Source: the human T2T-CHM13v2.0 reference genome, Homo sapiens. From it: a DNA stretch of 64,000 nucleotides. Position numbers and translations under genes: made by a program. This document shows, piece by piece, positions 28,310 through 42,490 of this stretch. A model generated the notes under the pieces. The model did not search any database. It had not been told where the DNA came from and saw only the letters and a program-made list of their open reading frames with translations. The stretch's first letter is position 1. The number at the start of each line of letters is the position of its first letter. Where the stretch lies: assembly GCF_009914755.1 (NCBI RefSeq), contig NC_060934.1; one strand, given 5' to 3'.

Positions 28310-29100
28310 TGCATGTTCTAACATCCTATGTAAACATCATGCTGTCTGTCACTTGCTTCGTTTGGGAGATTTGGACCCACACTGATGTTTGTGGCTCCAG
28401 GTTGCTTATTTCAACAGCAGTGCAGTAGTAGTGAGCCTCATAAGCCCACCACGATTTATCTCTCCATTTTCTTATTCATGGAAATTCAATTATATTCCGT
28501 TTTTTGCTGTCACGAATAACTCAGCAACACATGTTCTGATCCGTGTCTCCGTAGACCTAGCTGGAAGAGTTTCTTTCTAAACTGCACAGGTATTTGCTTA
28601 GAAATACAATTTGGGGGCATCTTCATCTTTACCAGGTTTTGCTAAATTGCCCTAAAATGTGGTTGAACAATTTCCTCTTCTCCACCAGTGTAGGATGGCT
28701 CTGGTCAGACTACTTTCCTGCCAAACATTGATTCTGACCAACCAAGCCAGATGGTTTCTTATTTTAATACACATGTTTCTAGTTAATTGTGAGGCTCAAA
28801 AATGAAATGCATGTTTTTGGCTGTTTATGGTTTCTCATCTGTAAGTTATCTATAGGCCTATCAGGTTTTGCCTTTCTTCTTATTAATTTATCTTAGACAT
28901 TGGTTATCTGCATTGCAAATGTCTTCTCTATGTTTGTATTTTCATTTTTTCTCCAGTATTGACTACTGTTGGAAATGGAAAACTTTTTAATGTTACCACA
29001 TTTTTCAGCCGTTTCTTCTATGACTTTTGTTTTATGTCTTATTTACATCTTTTCCTTTCCTCAGAGTCAAAGACGCTCTCTTAAAAATTTTTCTAAAACC
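28310..29100 (-). mobile_element. Highly decayed L1M fragment
   Basis: T-rich antisense L1-like phrases (tttttgctgtcacgaataac, ttgcaaatgtcttctc). Confidence 0.5.
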
Positions 29101-31404
29101 TTTAAAAATCCTTTAGTTTTTGTTTCTGTTCCATTTCTGATACACAGAAATGTTTGAAAATTATTTCTGAGCCTAGCGGTGTTTCCTCGGCTTCCTTGTT
29201 CTATATTTTATGGATCATTGATCTGCATTTGAAGTTAATGGAGTGCAGAGAATCATAAACCAGCAGCTCCATCCCGTTCAGAAGGCAGCTCCAATTCTTA
29301 GGGACTTGAGACAAGTGGAGAGGAAACAGGAGCTTTGGGGATGGGGAACGGGAGGGGGAAGACACTCCTTGGTCTCATCCAGGTAGTCTTAAATCCAAAG
29401 GTAAAGTTTCTCTGACCTCTGTTCTTCAGAGGTCAACAAAAAGCCACGTGGGGAGTCTGCCAAAGTCGTGTGTTTCTTCCGCGTGAGTCATAGGGACGGA
29501 GGGTTTGGTTCTCCAGCTCGCTTCATAAAATCGTCCGGCCTTTCTCTTGCTGGGGAACCGGGATCCGATCAGGAAGTAAGATTCACTGGGGCGACCTCTC
29601 CATGCGTTCTCAGCAGTTTCCTCTTTAAAATAAAGTTCCCAGGGCCTGAGGCAGGCTGGAGGGAACCCTGGAAGGAAGGAAGCGTCCCCCCAGTGTCCCT
29701 GCCTTCGCAGGTGCCACAGATATCCTACTGTTTTGGATGCCCTGCCTCTGTGCAGTCAGGCTAACCCCACACTCAAATGCTTGCACTGCTATTACAGACA
29801 AGCGCATGAGATCAGCGAAGGGACCCCTGTGGACTCAGCCCAGGGATGTGACAGGTGACAGCCCCTGCTGTGGCTCTGTGCTTGTCCCCAAGAATGGCCA
29901 CAGGTCTTGTGTGACCAACAAGGCTGAATTGCCGGGGGCTGGGTCCACTTTGTCCGATAACATTCTCTGAAATCCTCCCCTCACAAGGCATTGGCTCACA
30001 TCCCATTGTTTGGAAGTCCTGTCTTCTGTCCCAGGTGAGCTCCGGCAGACAGGAGTGGGGAGGGACAGGTAGCATAGCCTTGTGCTCAATAGTGATCTGT
30101 GCAAATGTGAAGTTAGATGTAGCTGAGGCTCTGGGCTCCGGACATTTCAGGTCTCTCCTCTTCTGGCCTCGGTCTGTGTTCACCCCTAAACATCAGAGCC
30201 AAGCGGACCCTGTGCTTGTGGTGGTCGTGCTGGTCTGATCCGCTTCCTCCCATCTGGGACCTCTTTCCCCCTAATCTCATGCAGATTTTTTCTGGCTGTC
30301 CTTCACCCAGTGAAGCCTGCCCGATGCTCCGTCCTAACATTTCACTCACCATCCTGCCTTTTTTCCCTTCAACAGCACTCACCTGGAAATCCGCAGTGAC
30401 CACGGATCCTGCTGTGACCCATCTCCCATGGGGCTGGGGGCAGACTGTGCATGTGGGCGGTGCTGCCTCTTCCTACCTGGGCTGCTCACCACTCCACCTC
30501 CAGCCCCCACAGCAGTGTCTGCATGAAGATGAGGCTCCATACGTGTGGAATGCAGGCATGAGCATGGTTCAGAGGCTCACAGGACTCGGCACGTGACTCC
30601 AGTCAGTCCAAGGGGTACTGATGTAGCTCAAACCAGTTCCTTCAGAATTCTTCCTGGGAAGCAGAAGGGAAGAAAGCTTCCTCTCCCCTTTAGGTCACGA
30701 TCTGTAAGGACAGAGACTTTGGGCTGCCAGCAGCCGTCTCTCCCTCCAGATGAAGAAGCCCATTTGCGGCCCAAGGGCCCAGTGGCAGCGGAAGGAGAGG
30801 AGTGGCACTGAGGGATGAAGACTTGGAAGGAGGAAGAGACAGCCCCGGAATCCAGCTGTTGTGAAAGCTGCCCTTGGAAGTACAAGGTCCCTAAATCAAT
30901 CAATTTGCCTCTTGGCTGGGGATTCCAATACTTGCAACTCTTTGTGTTATGGATATCATGGTGTGCCCAGCCTTGGGCTACCACTCGAGAGCGGGCAGGG
31001 CCCCATCCTGAAGAACCATTCGTCCCCTACCATGTTGGAGAAGTATGGGGCTTCACACACCAGCACTGCTGCTCAGCCTCACTGCTTTGCTCCTGCAGAA
31101 GGGCACTGAAGGTTCCTCAGGCCCCTGGCCTTCTCCCTTTTATCCACAAAGCTTCATGGATGGGACCCAACTTCTCCTAGGAATCCATGTAGCTGTGCAG
31201 ATTCTCTCCTGCCCGCAGTCCTCCCCCCGCCTCTCTTTCTTGCTAACTTCACCTTGCTTGGGTTTGGACAGCCACATGCTCACCCAAGAGCTAGAATCAG
31301 GATCTGTCCACATTGATGACACAATCTTCTGCTTCTTTGTTTAGGAGGGCATGGAACCAGTTGACCCAGTTTTGGCAAATGAGAACCAGAAGTCGGCAGG
31401 ATGC

Positions 31405-33115
<1,711 letters not shown>

Positions 33116-33519
33116 AATACACAAGGTATTCTTTAGGTACTAGCTGCTCTTCAGGAAGATTCACCTCCCTGGTATATTAGAGAATTGCTACAAGACGCTA
33201 TAAGGTGGGCCTGTGCTGCTTCTCCATTCTCTCTCAGTTCTGGATGTTGCTGTGATGATGTGATACCAGGAGCAGTGGCAACTCTTTTAGGATCAGGAAG
33301 TAAAATGCTTCAGAATGAGGAACAACATGACAAGAACAGTGGAGTAAAGAAGAGCCACAAAACCAAGCTTGAGACCTGATACCTCTAGGCCTCCTGTTAG
33401 GTCAATGAGTGTCCATATTATTTAAGACAATATTAGGGTTTTCTCTCACTTGAGTGTTGTGCATAGCAAGAGAGGCCCCATCCTAGCCAATGAGGTGCTT
33501 GGTATACACGGATTCATCA

Positions 33520-33911
33520 TGATAGGGTTTGAATCTGTGTCCCCACGTGAATCTCATCTTCAATTTTAATTCCCAGTGCTGGAGGTGGGACCTGGAGATG
33601 ACTGGATCCTGGGGCAGTTTCTAATGGTTTAGTACAATTCCCCTCGCGCTGTTCCGGTGAGTGAGTTCTCATGAGATCTGGTTGTTTAAATGTGTGTGGT
33701 CGCTCCCACTCCTCTTCCTCCTGTTCTCCCCATGTCAATGTGCCTGCTTCCCCTTCCTCTTGCACCGTAAGTGAAAGCTCCTGGAGGCCTTCCCAGCCAC
33801 TCAGGGAGGAACCATGCAGCCTGTGGAAACATAACCAATGAAACCTCTTTTCTTTATCAATAACACAGCCTCAGTCATTTCTTTACAGCAATGTGAGAAC
33901 AGACTAATACA
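33520..33911 (+). mobile_element. MSTA-like MaLR solo LTR
   Basis: tgatagggtttgaatctgtgtcccca...gagttctcatgagatctggttgtttaaa...aaacctcttttcttta...gaacagactaataca. Confidence 0.85.
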
Positions 33912-34083
33912 GGTCACAACCTTTCAGTCCCAGAGTCCACATTCATGAGCCCAACAGGGAATGGAGGAAACTTCTCTCACGCATTCTCGGCAGAACCCAG
34001 CAGAAGGCAGGAGTCGGTCCCAACCGTGAAGAAAGAAGCAAACATCCACAGCTCACAGGGGCCTCACAGCTGGCCAAGTTCCC

Positions 34084-34676
34084 TGCAGAAAGTAAAAAGT
34101 TCCTCTTCAAAGTTTCCCTCCTTGTTAAAAAATAAGCCATAAGTGTTAGAAATAATAGTTTCTTTTAAAGACTAACTTCCTTTAAGCTTCCTTACTTTAT
34201 GCTAGTGACTCTTTGTTGGGCCCTATCCTATGTACCTGTTAAACATGCTGACAGGCACGTAGTACGTTCCATGTCCTTATACCTTCACCAAGATTTTTGT
34301 GCCGGACATGCTCACAGGCACGCTCCAGCTCGTGGCCTATGCCCCTTCCCTATTTGGCATAAGCAACTTCCTCTTTTCCTTTGTCTTTCCCTTACTTTTA
34401 CCTATTTAGAAAAGTTTTAAACTGTTAGCCAATCGGGTTTTAGTTTAAATTGTGTGGTCTGACTCCAGCCAATGGAGACAGGACCCAGTAGCAGGGACAA
34501 AGTGTATAAGGAATAAAGATTGCTTCCCTCCTTTGTTCGGGTGTGCTCTGACCATTATTCCATCTGTGATTAGCACCCTTTCCACAGAAAGTAAAGATTG
34601 CCTTGCCGAGACGATTCAATTTATGTTTGAGTGCTATTTCTTTGCGGCACCAGGGAACAAGCATTTACATATAACA
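34084..34676 (+). mobile_element. LTR10 family (probably LTR10C, HERV-I) solo LTR
   Basis: TG...CA, 593 bp, TSD TTCCC at 34079-34083 and 34677-34681; start tgcagaaagtaaaaagttcctcttcaaagtttccc matches recalled LTR10C; CCAAT boxes, tataa and aataaa present. Confidence 0.8.
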
Positions 34677-35471
34677 TTCCCAAACTCCAGGGTCCATCTG
34701 TGTTTCATCGACTTGTGAGAGCGTGAAATGTGTAAGGGTATGTTCAGCGTTAAGCTTGACAGACTGAAATGGCACCAGCGGATTTCTCAGCAGCAAACCC
34801 ACGGGGAAACCGTGTGGACTTTTCAGAAGAGGCCGCTGCTGGAATCCCCACCACATCTCTCCTTGGTCTAATTACAGGAGATGTTCAAGGGATCTAATGG
34901 GAGCTTTCTTTGTAAATCAGGTTGCAGCTCCAGAGATGCTGAGCTGAGTGTGCTGCGTGGTTAATTGTGGCTAACAGGAAGAGGGTGGACATATGCCAAT
35001 ATTTATGCAAATAGCAGAGCTGCTCGGGGACTGTGCCCTGGGGGACTTCAGCTCAGCCTGGCCAACATCCAAAGACTTCAGGCCCTGCTTTCACAGGGCA
35101 ATTTGGATTGCTCTGCAGATTGGATGGAAATAAATTTTGCATATCAATGCTAATGGTGTCAAGGGTCCATAATCAGCCCTCGTGCTCCTAATTTTAGACC
35201 CAGCAGCGCGTCTGTGTGAAAGAGCAGGCTGGGAGTGCCGGTGGAACTCATCCTGCTGGGAGGCTAATAGCTCAGCTGTTCACCTTTCTTGGCATCAGGA
35301 GAGCTTTGTATAGGCACTGAAATGGGAGAACATCAAATCCTTAAGATGCAGTCTAACACATCCCCTGAAAGCCTAGAGTCTGCAGATTCTGCAAAGCAAC
35401 TGGCCTCAGTCCGGAGCCCTGGAAGCATCAGTTGATGTATTGTGAGGATCACTCTCAAGAGATGGGGAAGA

Positions 35472-38400
35472 AAGATAGGGTGTTGGGGGTGGGGTAAGAT
35501 AGGGTATGGGGGGTGGGGTAAGATAGGGTATCGGGAGTGGGATAAGATAGGGTATGGGGGGCGGGGTAAGATAGGGTATGGGGGGTGGGGTAAGATAGGG
35601 TATGGGGGGTGGGGTAAGATAGGGTGTCGGGGGTGGGAGTAAGATAGGGTATGGGGGGTGGGGTAAGATAGGGTGTCGGGGGTGGGGTAAGATAGGGTAT
35701 GGGGGTGGGGTAAGATAGGGTATCGGGAGTGGGGTAAGATAGGGTATGGGGGTGGGGTAAGATAGGGTATGGGGGTGGGTAAGATAGGGTATCGGGGATG
35801 GGGTAAGATAGGGTATGGGGGGTGGGGTAAGATAGGGTATGGGGGGTGGGGTAAGATAGGGTATGGGGGTGGGTAAGATAGGGTGTCGGGGGTGGGGTAA
35901 GATAGGGTATGGGGGTGGGGTAAGATAGGGTATGGGGGGTGGGGTAAGATAGGGTGTCGGGGGTGGGAGTAAGATAGGGTATGGGGGGTGGGGTAAGATA
36001 GGGTGTCGGGGGTGGGGTAAGATAGGGTATGGGGGGTGGGGTAAGATAGGGTATGGGGGTGGGTAAGATAGGGTATCGGGGTGGGGTAAGATAGGGTATG
36101 GGGGTGGGTAAGATAGGGTATCGGGGATGGGGTAAGATAGGGTATGGGGGGTGGGGTAAGATAGGGTATGGGGGGTGGGGTAAGATAGGGTGTCGGGGGT
36201 GGGGTAAGATAGGGTATGGGGGGTGGGGTAAGATAGGGTATGGGGGGTGGGGTAAGATAGGGTATCGGGGATGGGGTAAGATAGGGTATGGGGGTGGGGT
36301 AAGATAGGGTATGGGGGTGGGGTAAGATAGGGTATGGGGGTGGGTAAGATAGGGTATCGGGGTGGGGTAAGATAGGGTATCGGGGATGGGGTAAGATAGG
36401 GTATGGGGGGTGGGGTAAGATAGGGTATGGGGGGTGGGGTAAGATAGGGTATCGGGGATGGGGTAAGATAGGGTATGGGGGGTGGGGTAAGATAGGGTAT
36501 GGGGGGTGGGGTAAGATAGGGTATGGGGGGTGGGGTAAGATAGGGTATCAGGAGTGGGGTAAGATAGGGTATGGGGGTGGGGTAAGATAGGGTATGGGGA
36601 GTGAGGTAAGATAGGGTGTCGGGGGTGGGGTAAGATAGGGTATGGGGGGTGGGGTAAGATAGGGTATGGGGGGTGGGGTAAGATAGGGTATCAGGAGTGG
36701 GGTAAGATAGGGTATCGGGGATGGGGTAAGATAGGGTATGGGGGGTGGGGTAAGATAGGGTATGGGGGTGGGTAAGATAGGGTGTCGGGGGTGGGGTAAG
36801 ATAGGGTATGGGGGTGGGGTAAGATAGGGTATGGGGGGTGGGGTAAGATAGGGTATGGGGGGTGGGGTAAGATAGGGTATGGGGGGTGGGGTAAGATAGG
36901 GTATGGGGGTGGGGTAAGATAGGGTATGGGGGTGGGTAAGATAGGGTGTCGGGGGTGGGGTAAGATAGGGTATGGGGGGTGGGGTAAGATAGGGTATGGG
37001 GGGTGGGGTAAGATAGGGTATGGGGGGTGGGGTAAGATAGGGTATGGGGGGTGGGGTAAGATAGGGTATGGGGGGTGAGGTAAGATAGGGTATGGGGGGT
37101 GGGGTAAGATAGGGTATGGGGGGTGGGGTAAGATAGGGTGTCGGGGGTGGGAGTAAGATAGGGTATGGGGGGTGAGGTAAGATAGGGTATCGGGGGTGGG
37201 GTAAGATAGGGTATGGGGGTGGGGTAAGATAGGGTATGGGGGGTGGGGTAAGATAGGGTATGGGGGTGGGTAAGATAGGGTATGGGGGGTGGGGTAAGAT
37301 AGGGTATGGGGGTGGGGTAAGATAGGGTATCGGGGATGGGGTAAGATAGGGTATGGGGGTGGGGTAAGATAGGGTATGGGGGGTGGGGTAAGATAGGGTG
37401 TCGGGGGTGGGGTAAGATAGGGTATCGGGGATGGGGTAAGATAGGGTATGGGGGGTGGGGTAAGATAGGGTATGGGGGTGGGGTAAGATAGGGTATCGGG
37501 AGTGGGGTAAGATAGGGTATGGGGGTGGGTAAGATAGGGTATGGGGGGTGGGGTAAGATAGGGTATGGGGGTGGGGTAAGATAGGGTATCGGGGATGGGG
37601 TAAGATAGGGTATGGGGGTGGGGTAAGATAGGGTATGGGGGGTGGGGTAAGATAGGGTGTCGGGGGTGGGGTAAGATAGGGTATGGGGGTGGGGTAAGAT
37701 AGGGTATCGGGAGTGGGGTAAGATAGGGTATGGGGGGTGGGGTAAGATAGGGTGTCGGGGGTGGGGTAAGATAGGGTATGGGGGTGGGGTAAGATAGGGT
37801 ATCGGGAGTGGGGTAAGATAGGGTATGGGGGTGGGGTAAGATAGGGTATGGGGGTGGGTAAGATAGGGTATCGGGGATGGGGTAAGATAGGGTATGGGGG
37901 GTGGGGTAAGATAGGGTATGGGGGGTGGGGTAAGATAGGGTATGGGGGGTGAGGTAAGATAGGGTATGGGGGGTGGGGTAAGATAGGGTATGGGGGGTGG
38001 GGTAAGATAGGGTGTCGGGGGTGGGAGTAAGATAGGGTATGGGGGGTGGGGTAAGATAGGGTATGGGGGTGGGTAAGATAGGGTATCGGGGATGGGGTAA
38101 GATAGGGTATGGGAGTGGGATAAGATAGGGTATGGGGGGTGAGGTAAGATAGGGTATCGGGGGTGGGGTAAGATAGGGTATGGGGGTGGGGTAAGATAGG
38201 GTATGGGGGGTGGGGTAAGATAGGGTATGGGGGGTGGGGTAAGATAGGGTATGGGGGGTGGGGTAAGATAGGGTATGGGGGGTGGGGTAAGATAGGGTAT
38301 GGGGGGTGGGGTAAGATAGGGTGTCGGGGGTGGGAGTAAGATAGGGTATGGGGGGTGGGGTAAGATAGGGTATGGGGGTGGGTAAGATAGGGTATCGGGG

Positions 38401-41400
38401 ATGGGGTAAGATAGGGTATGGGGGTGGGGTAAGATAGGGTATGGGGGGTGGGGTAAGATAGGGTATGGGGGTGGGTAAGATAGGGTATCGGGGTGCGGTA
38501 AGATAGGGTATGGGGGTGGGGTAAGATAGGGTATGGGGGGTGGGGTAAGATAGGGTATGGGGGGTGGGGTAAGATAGGGTATGGGGGGTGGGGTAAGATA
38601 GGGTATGGGGGGTGGGGTAAGATAGGGTGTCGGGGGTGGGGTAAGATAGGGTATGGGGGGTGGGGTAAGATAGGGTATGGGGGGTGGGGTAAGATAGGGT
38701 ATGGGGGTGGGGTAAGATAGGGTATGGGGAGTGAGGTAAGATAGGGTGTCGGGGGTGGGAGTAAGATAGGGTATGGGGGGTGGGGTAAGATAGGGTATCG
38801 GGAGTGGGGTAAGATAGGGTATGGGGAGTGAGGTAAGATAGGGTGTCGGGGGTGGGAGTAAGATAGGGTATGGGGGGTGGGGTAAGATAGGGTATCAGGA
38901 GTGGGGTAAGATAGGGTATGGGGGTGGGGTAAGATAGGGTATGGGGAGTGAGGTAAGATAGGGTGTCGGGGGTGGGAGTAAGATAGGGTATGGGGGGTGG
39001 GGTAAGATAGGGTATCAGGAGTGGGGTAAGATAGGGTATCGGGGATGGGGTAAGATAGGGTATGGGGGGTGGGGTAAGATAGGGTATGGGGGTGGGTAAG
39101 ATAGGGTGTCGGGGGTGGGGTAAGATAGGGTATGGGGGTGGGGTAAGATAGGGTATGGGGGGTGGGGTAAGATAGGGTATGGGGGGTGGGGTAAGATAGG
39201 GTATGGGGGGTGGGGTAAGATAGGGTATGGGGGGTGGGGTAAGATAGGGTATGGGGGTGGGGTAAGATAGGGTATGGGGGGTGGGTAAGATAGGGTATGG
39301 GGGGTGGGGTAAGATAGGGTATGGGGGGTGGGGTAAGATAGGGTGTCGGGGGTGGGGTAAGATAGGGTATGGGGGTGGGGTAAGATAGGGTATGGGGGGT
39401 GGGGTAAGATAGGGTATGGGGGTGGGTAAGATAGGGTGTCGGGGGTGGGGTAAGATAGGGTATGGGGGTGGGGTAAGATAGGGTATGGGGGTGGGTAAGA
39501 TAGGGTGTCGGGGGTGGGGTAAGATAGGGTATGGGGGTGGGGTAAGATAGGGTATGGGGGGTGGGGTAAGATAGGGTGTCGGGGGTGGGGTAAGATAGGG
39601 TATGGGGGTGGGGTAAGATAGGGTATGGGGGGTGGGGTAAGATAGGGTATGGGGGGTGAGGTAAGATAGGGTGTCGGGGGTGGGGTAAGATAGGGTATGG
39701 GGGTGGGGTAAGATAGGGTATGGGGGGTGGGGTAAGATAGGGTATGGGGGGTGGGGTAAGATAGGGTGTCGGGGGTGGGGTAAGATAGGGTATGGGGGTG
39801 GGGTAAGATAGGGTATGGGGATGGGGTAAGATAGGGTATGGGGGTGGGTAAGATAGGGTGTCGGGGGTGGGGTAAGATAGGGTATGGGGGGTGGGGTAAG
39901 ATAGGGTATGGGGGGTGGGGTAAGATAGGGTGTCGGGGGTGGGAGTAAGATAGGGTATGGGGGTGGGGTAAGATAGGGTATCGGGAGTGGGGTAAGATAG
40001 GGTATGGGGGGTGGGGTAAGATAGGGTGTCGGGGGTGGGGTAAGATAGGGTATGGGGGTGGGGTAAGATAGGGTATCGGGAGTGGGGTAAGATAGGGTAT
40101 GGGGGTGGGGTAAGATAGGGTATGGGGGTGGGTAAGATAGGGTATCGGGGATGGGGTAAGATAGGGTATGGGGGGTGGGGTAAGATAGGGTATGGGGGGT
40201 GGGGTAAGATAGGGTATGGGGGGTGGGGTAAGATAGGGTGTCGGGGGTGGGAGTAAGATAGGGTATGGGGGGTGAGGTAAGATAGGGTATCGGGGGTGGG
40301 GTAAGATAGGGTATGGGGGGTGGGGTAAGATAGGGTATGGGGGGTGGGGTAAGATAGGGTATGGGGGGTGGGGTAAGATAGGGTGTCGGGGGTGGGAGTA
40401 AGATAGGGTATGGGGGGTGGGGTAAGATAGGGTATGGGGGGTGGGTAAGATAGGGTATCGGGGATGGGGTAAGATAGGGTATCGGGGATGGGGTAAGATA
40501 GGGTATGGGGGGTGGGGTAAGATAGGGTATGGGGGTGGGTAAGATAGGGTATCGGGGTGCGGTAAGATAGGGTATGGGGGTGGGGTAAGATAGGGTATGG
40601 GGGGTGGGGTAAGATAGGGTGTCGGGGGTGGGGTAAGATAGGGTATGGGGGGTGGGGTAAGATAGGGTATGGGGGGTGGGGTAAGATAGGGTATGGGGGT
40701 GGGGTAAGATAGGGTATGGGGAGTGAGGTAAGATAGGGTGTCGGGGGTGGGAGTAAGATAGGGTATGGGGGGTGGGGTAAGATAGGGTATCGGGAGTGGG
40801 GTAAGATAGGGTATGGGGAGTGAGGTAAGATAGGGTGTCGGGGGTGGGAGTAAGATAGGGTATGGGGGGTGGGGTAAGATAGGGTATCAGGAGTGGGGTA
40901 AGATAGGGTATGGGGGTGGGGTAAGATAGGGTATGGGGAGTGAGGTAAGATAGGGTGTCGGGGGTGGGAGTAAGATAGGGTATGGGGGGTGGGGTAAGAT
41001 AGGGTATCAGGAGTGGGGTAAGATAGGGTATGGGGGTGGGGTAAGATAGGGTATGGGGAGTGAGGTAAGATAGGGTGTCGGGGGTGGGAGTAAGATAGGG
41101 TATGGGGGGTGGGGTAAGATAGGGTATCAGGAGTGGGGTAAGATAGGGTATCGGGGATGGGGTAAGATAGGGTATGGGGGGTGGGGTAAGATAGGGTATG
41201 GGGGTGGGTAAGATAGGGTGTCGGGGGTGGGGTAAGATAGGGTATGGGGGTGGGGTAAGATAGGGTATGGGGGGTGGGGTAAGATAGGGTATGGGGGGTG
41301 GGGTAAGATAGGGTATGGGGGGTGGGGTAAGATAGGGTATGGGGGGTGGGGTAAGATAGGGTATGGGGGTGGGGTAAGATAGGGTATGGGGGGTGGGTAA

Positions 41401-42085
41401 GATAGGGTATGGGGGGTGGGGTAAGATAGGGTATGGGGGGTGGGGTAAGATAGGGTGTCGGGGGTGGGGTAAGATAGGGTATGGGGGTGGGGTAAGATAG
41501 GGTATGGGGGGTGGGGTAAGATAGGGTATGGGGGGTGGGGTAAGATAGGGTATGGGGGTGGGTAAGATAGGGTATCGGGGATGGGGTAAGATAGGGTATG
41601 GGGGGTGGGGTAAGATAGGGTATGGGGGTGGGTAAGATAGGGTGTCGGGGGTGGGGTAAGATAGGGTATGGGGGTGGGGTAAGATAGGGTATGGGGGGTG
41701 GGGTAAGATAGGGTATGGGGAGTGGGGTAAAATAGGGTATGGGGGGTGGGGTAAGATAGGGTATCGGGGATGGGGTAAGATAGGGTGTTGGCGGTGGGGT
41801 AAGATAGGGTATGGGGGGTGGGGTAAGATAGGGTATTGAGGGTGGGGTAAGATAGGGTATGGGGAGTGGGGTAAGATAGGGTATGGGGGGTGGGGTAAGA
41901 TAGGGTATCGGGGATGGGGTAAGATAGGGTGTTGGCGGTGGGGTAAGATAGGGTATGGGGGGTGGGTAAGATAGGGTATGGGGGGTGGGGTGAGATAGGG
42001 TATTGAGGGTGGGGTAAGATAGGGTATCGGGAGTGGAGTAAGATAGGGTATGGGGGGTGGGGTAAGATAGCATATGGGGAGTGGT
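35472..42085. repeat. Very large G-rich 24-bp minisatellite, consensus GGGGTAAGATAGGGTATGGGGGGT, roughly 280 units
   Basis: Directly visible uninterrupted array of 22-24-bp variant units; more diverged units at both edges; copy number estimated from length. Confidence 0.99.
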
Positions 42086-42490
42086 GGGGGTTAGGGATAG
42101 AGTGGCTTCACTCTGGGGAATGCTCACAGCCACAGTAGTGTGAGTGCACCAGCCAGGAATGGGGCCGGCACCTGAAGCATCCACTGAGTCCTTGCCTTGT
42201 ACTGTTCCAGTCCACTTGCTCCTCACGTTAAATCCTCTGTCCAGACACAGCTTCCCTGGGACCCTTGCCAGGCACAGCTCCAGGGAGGGCTGTTCAGATG
42301 AAGTGCAGCCCCCATGCCACAGCCCACCCCAGGCAGCCGGCTGCTCCTTGCCTGCCTCCATCCTCCAGGTTGCATCCCCTGCCCCCAGCTGGCACTCTTC
42401 CTGGGCTGGGTGGCTCACGTGGTGGTTGCTGACTCTTGTCCCTGAGGGCTCTGAGCCTCTTGGCTCCGTGTCTTTGTCAGGCTGCAAGTG

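Noticed and set aside
35472-42085. CRISPR-like array (constant core with variable segment)
   Set aside because: The variable parts are only ~10-nt G-tract variants, not unique spacers; the context is primate DNA with no cas genes.
42086-42097. Telomere-like ggggttaggg at the VNTR edge and TAGGG within units
   Set aside because: Single TTAGGG hexamer with no tandem telomeric array; insufficient to claim an interstitial telomere origin.
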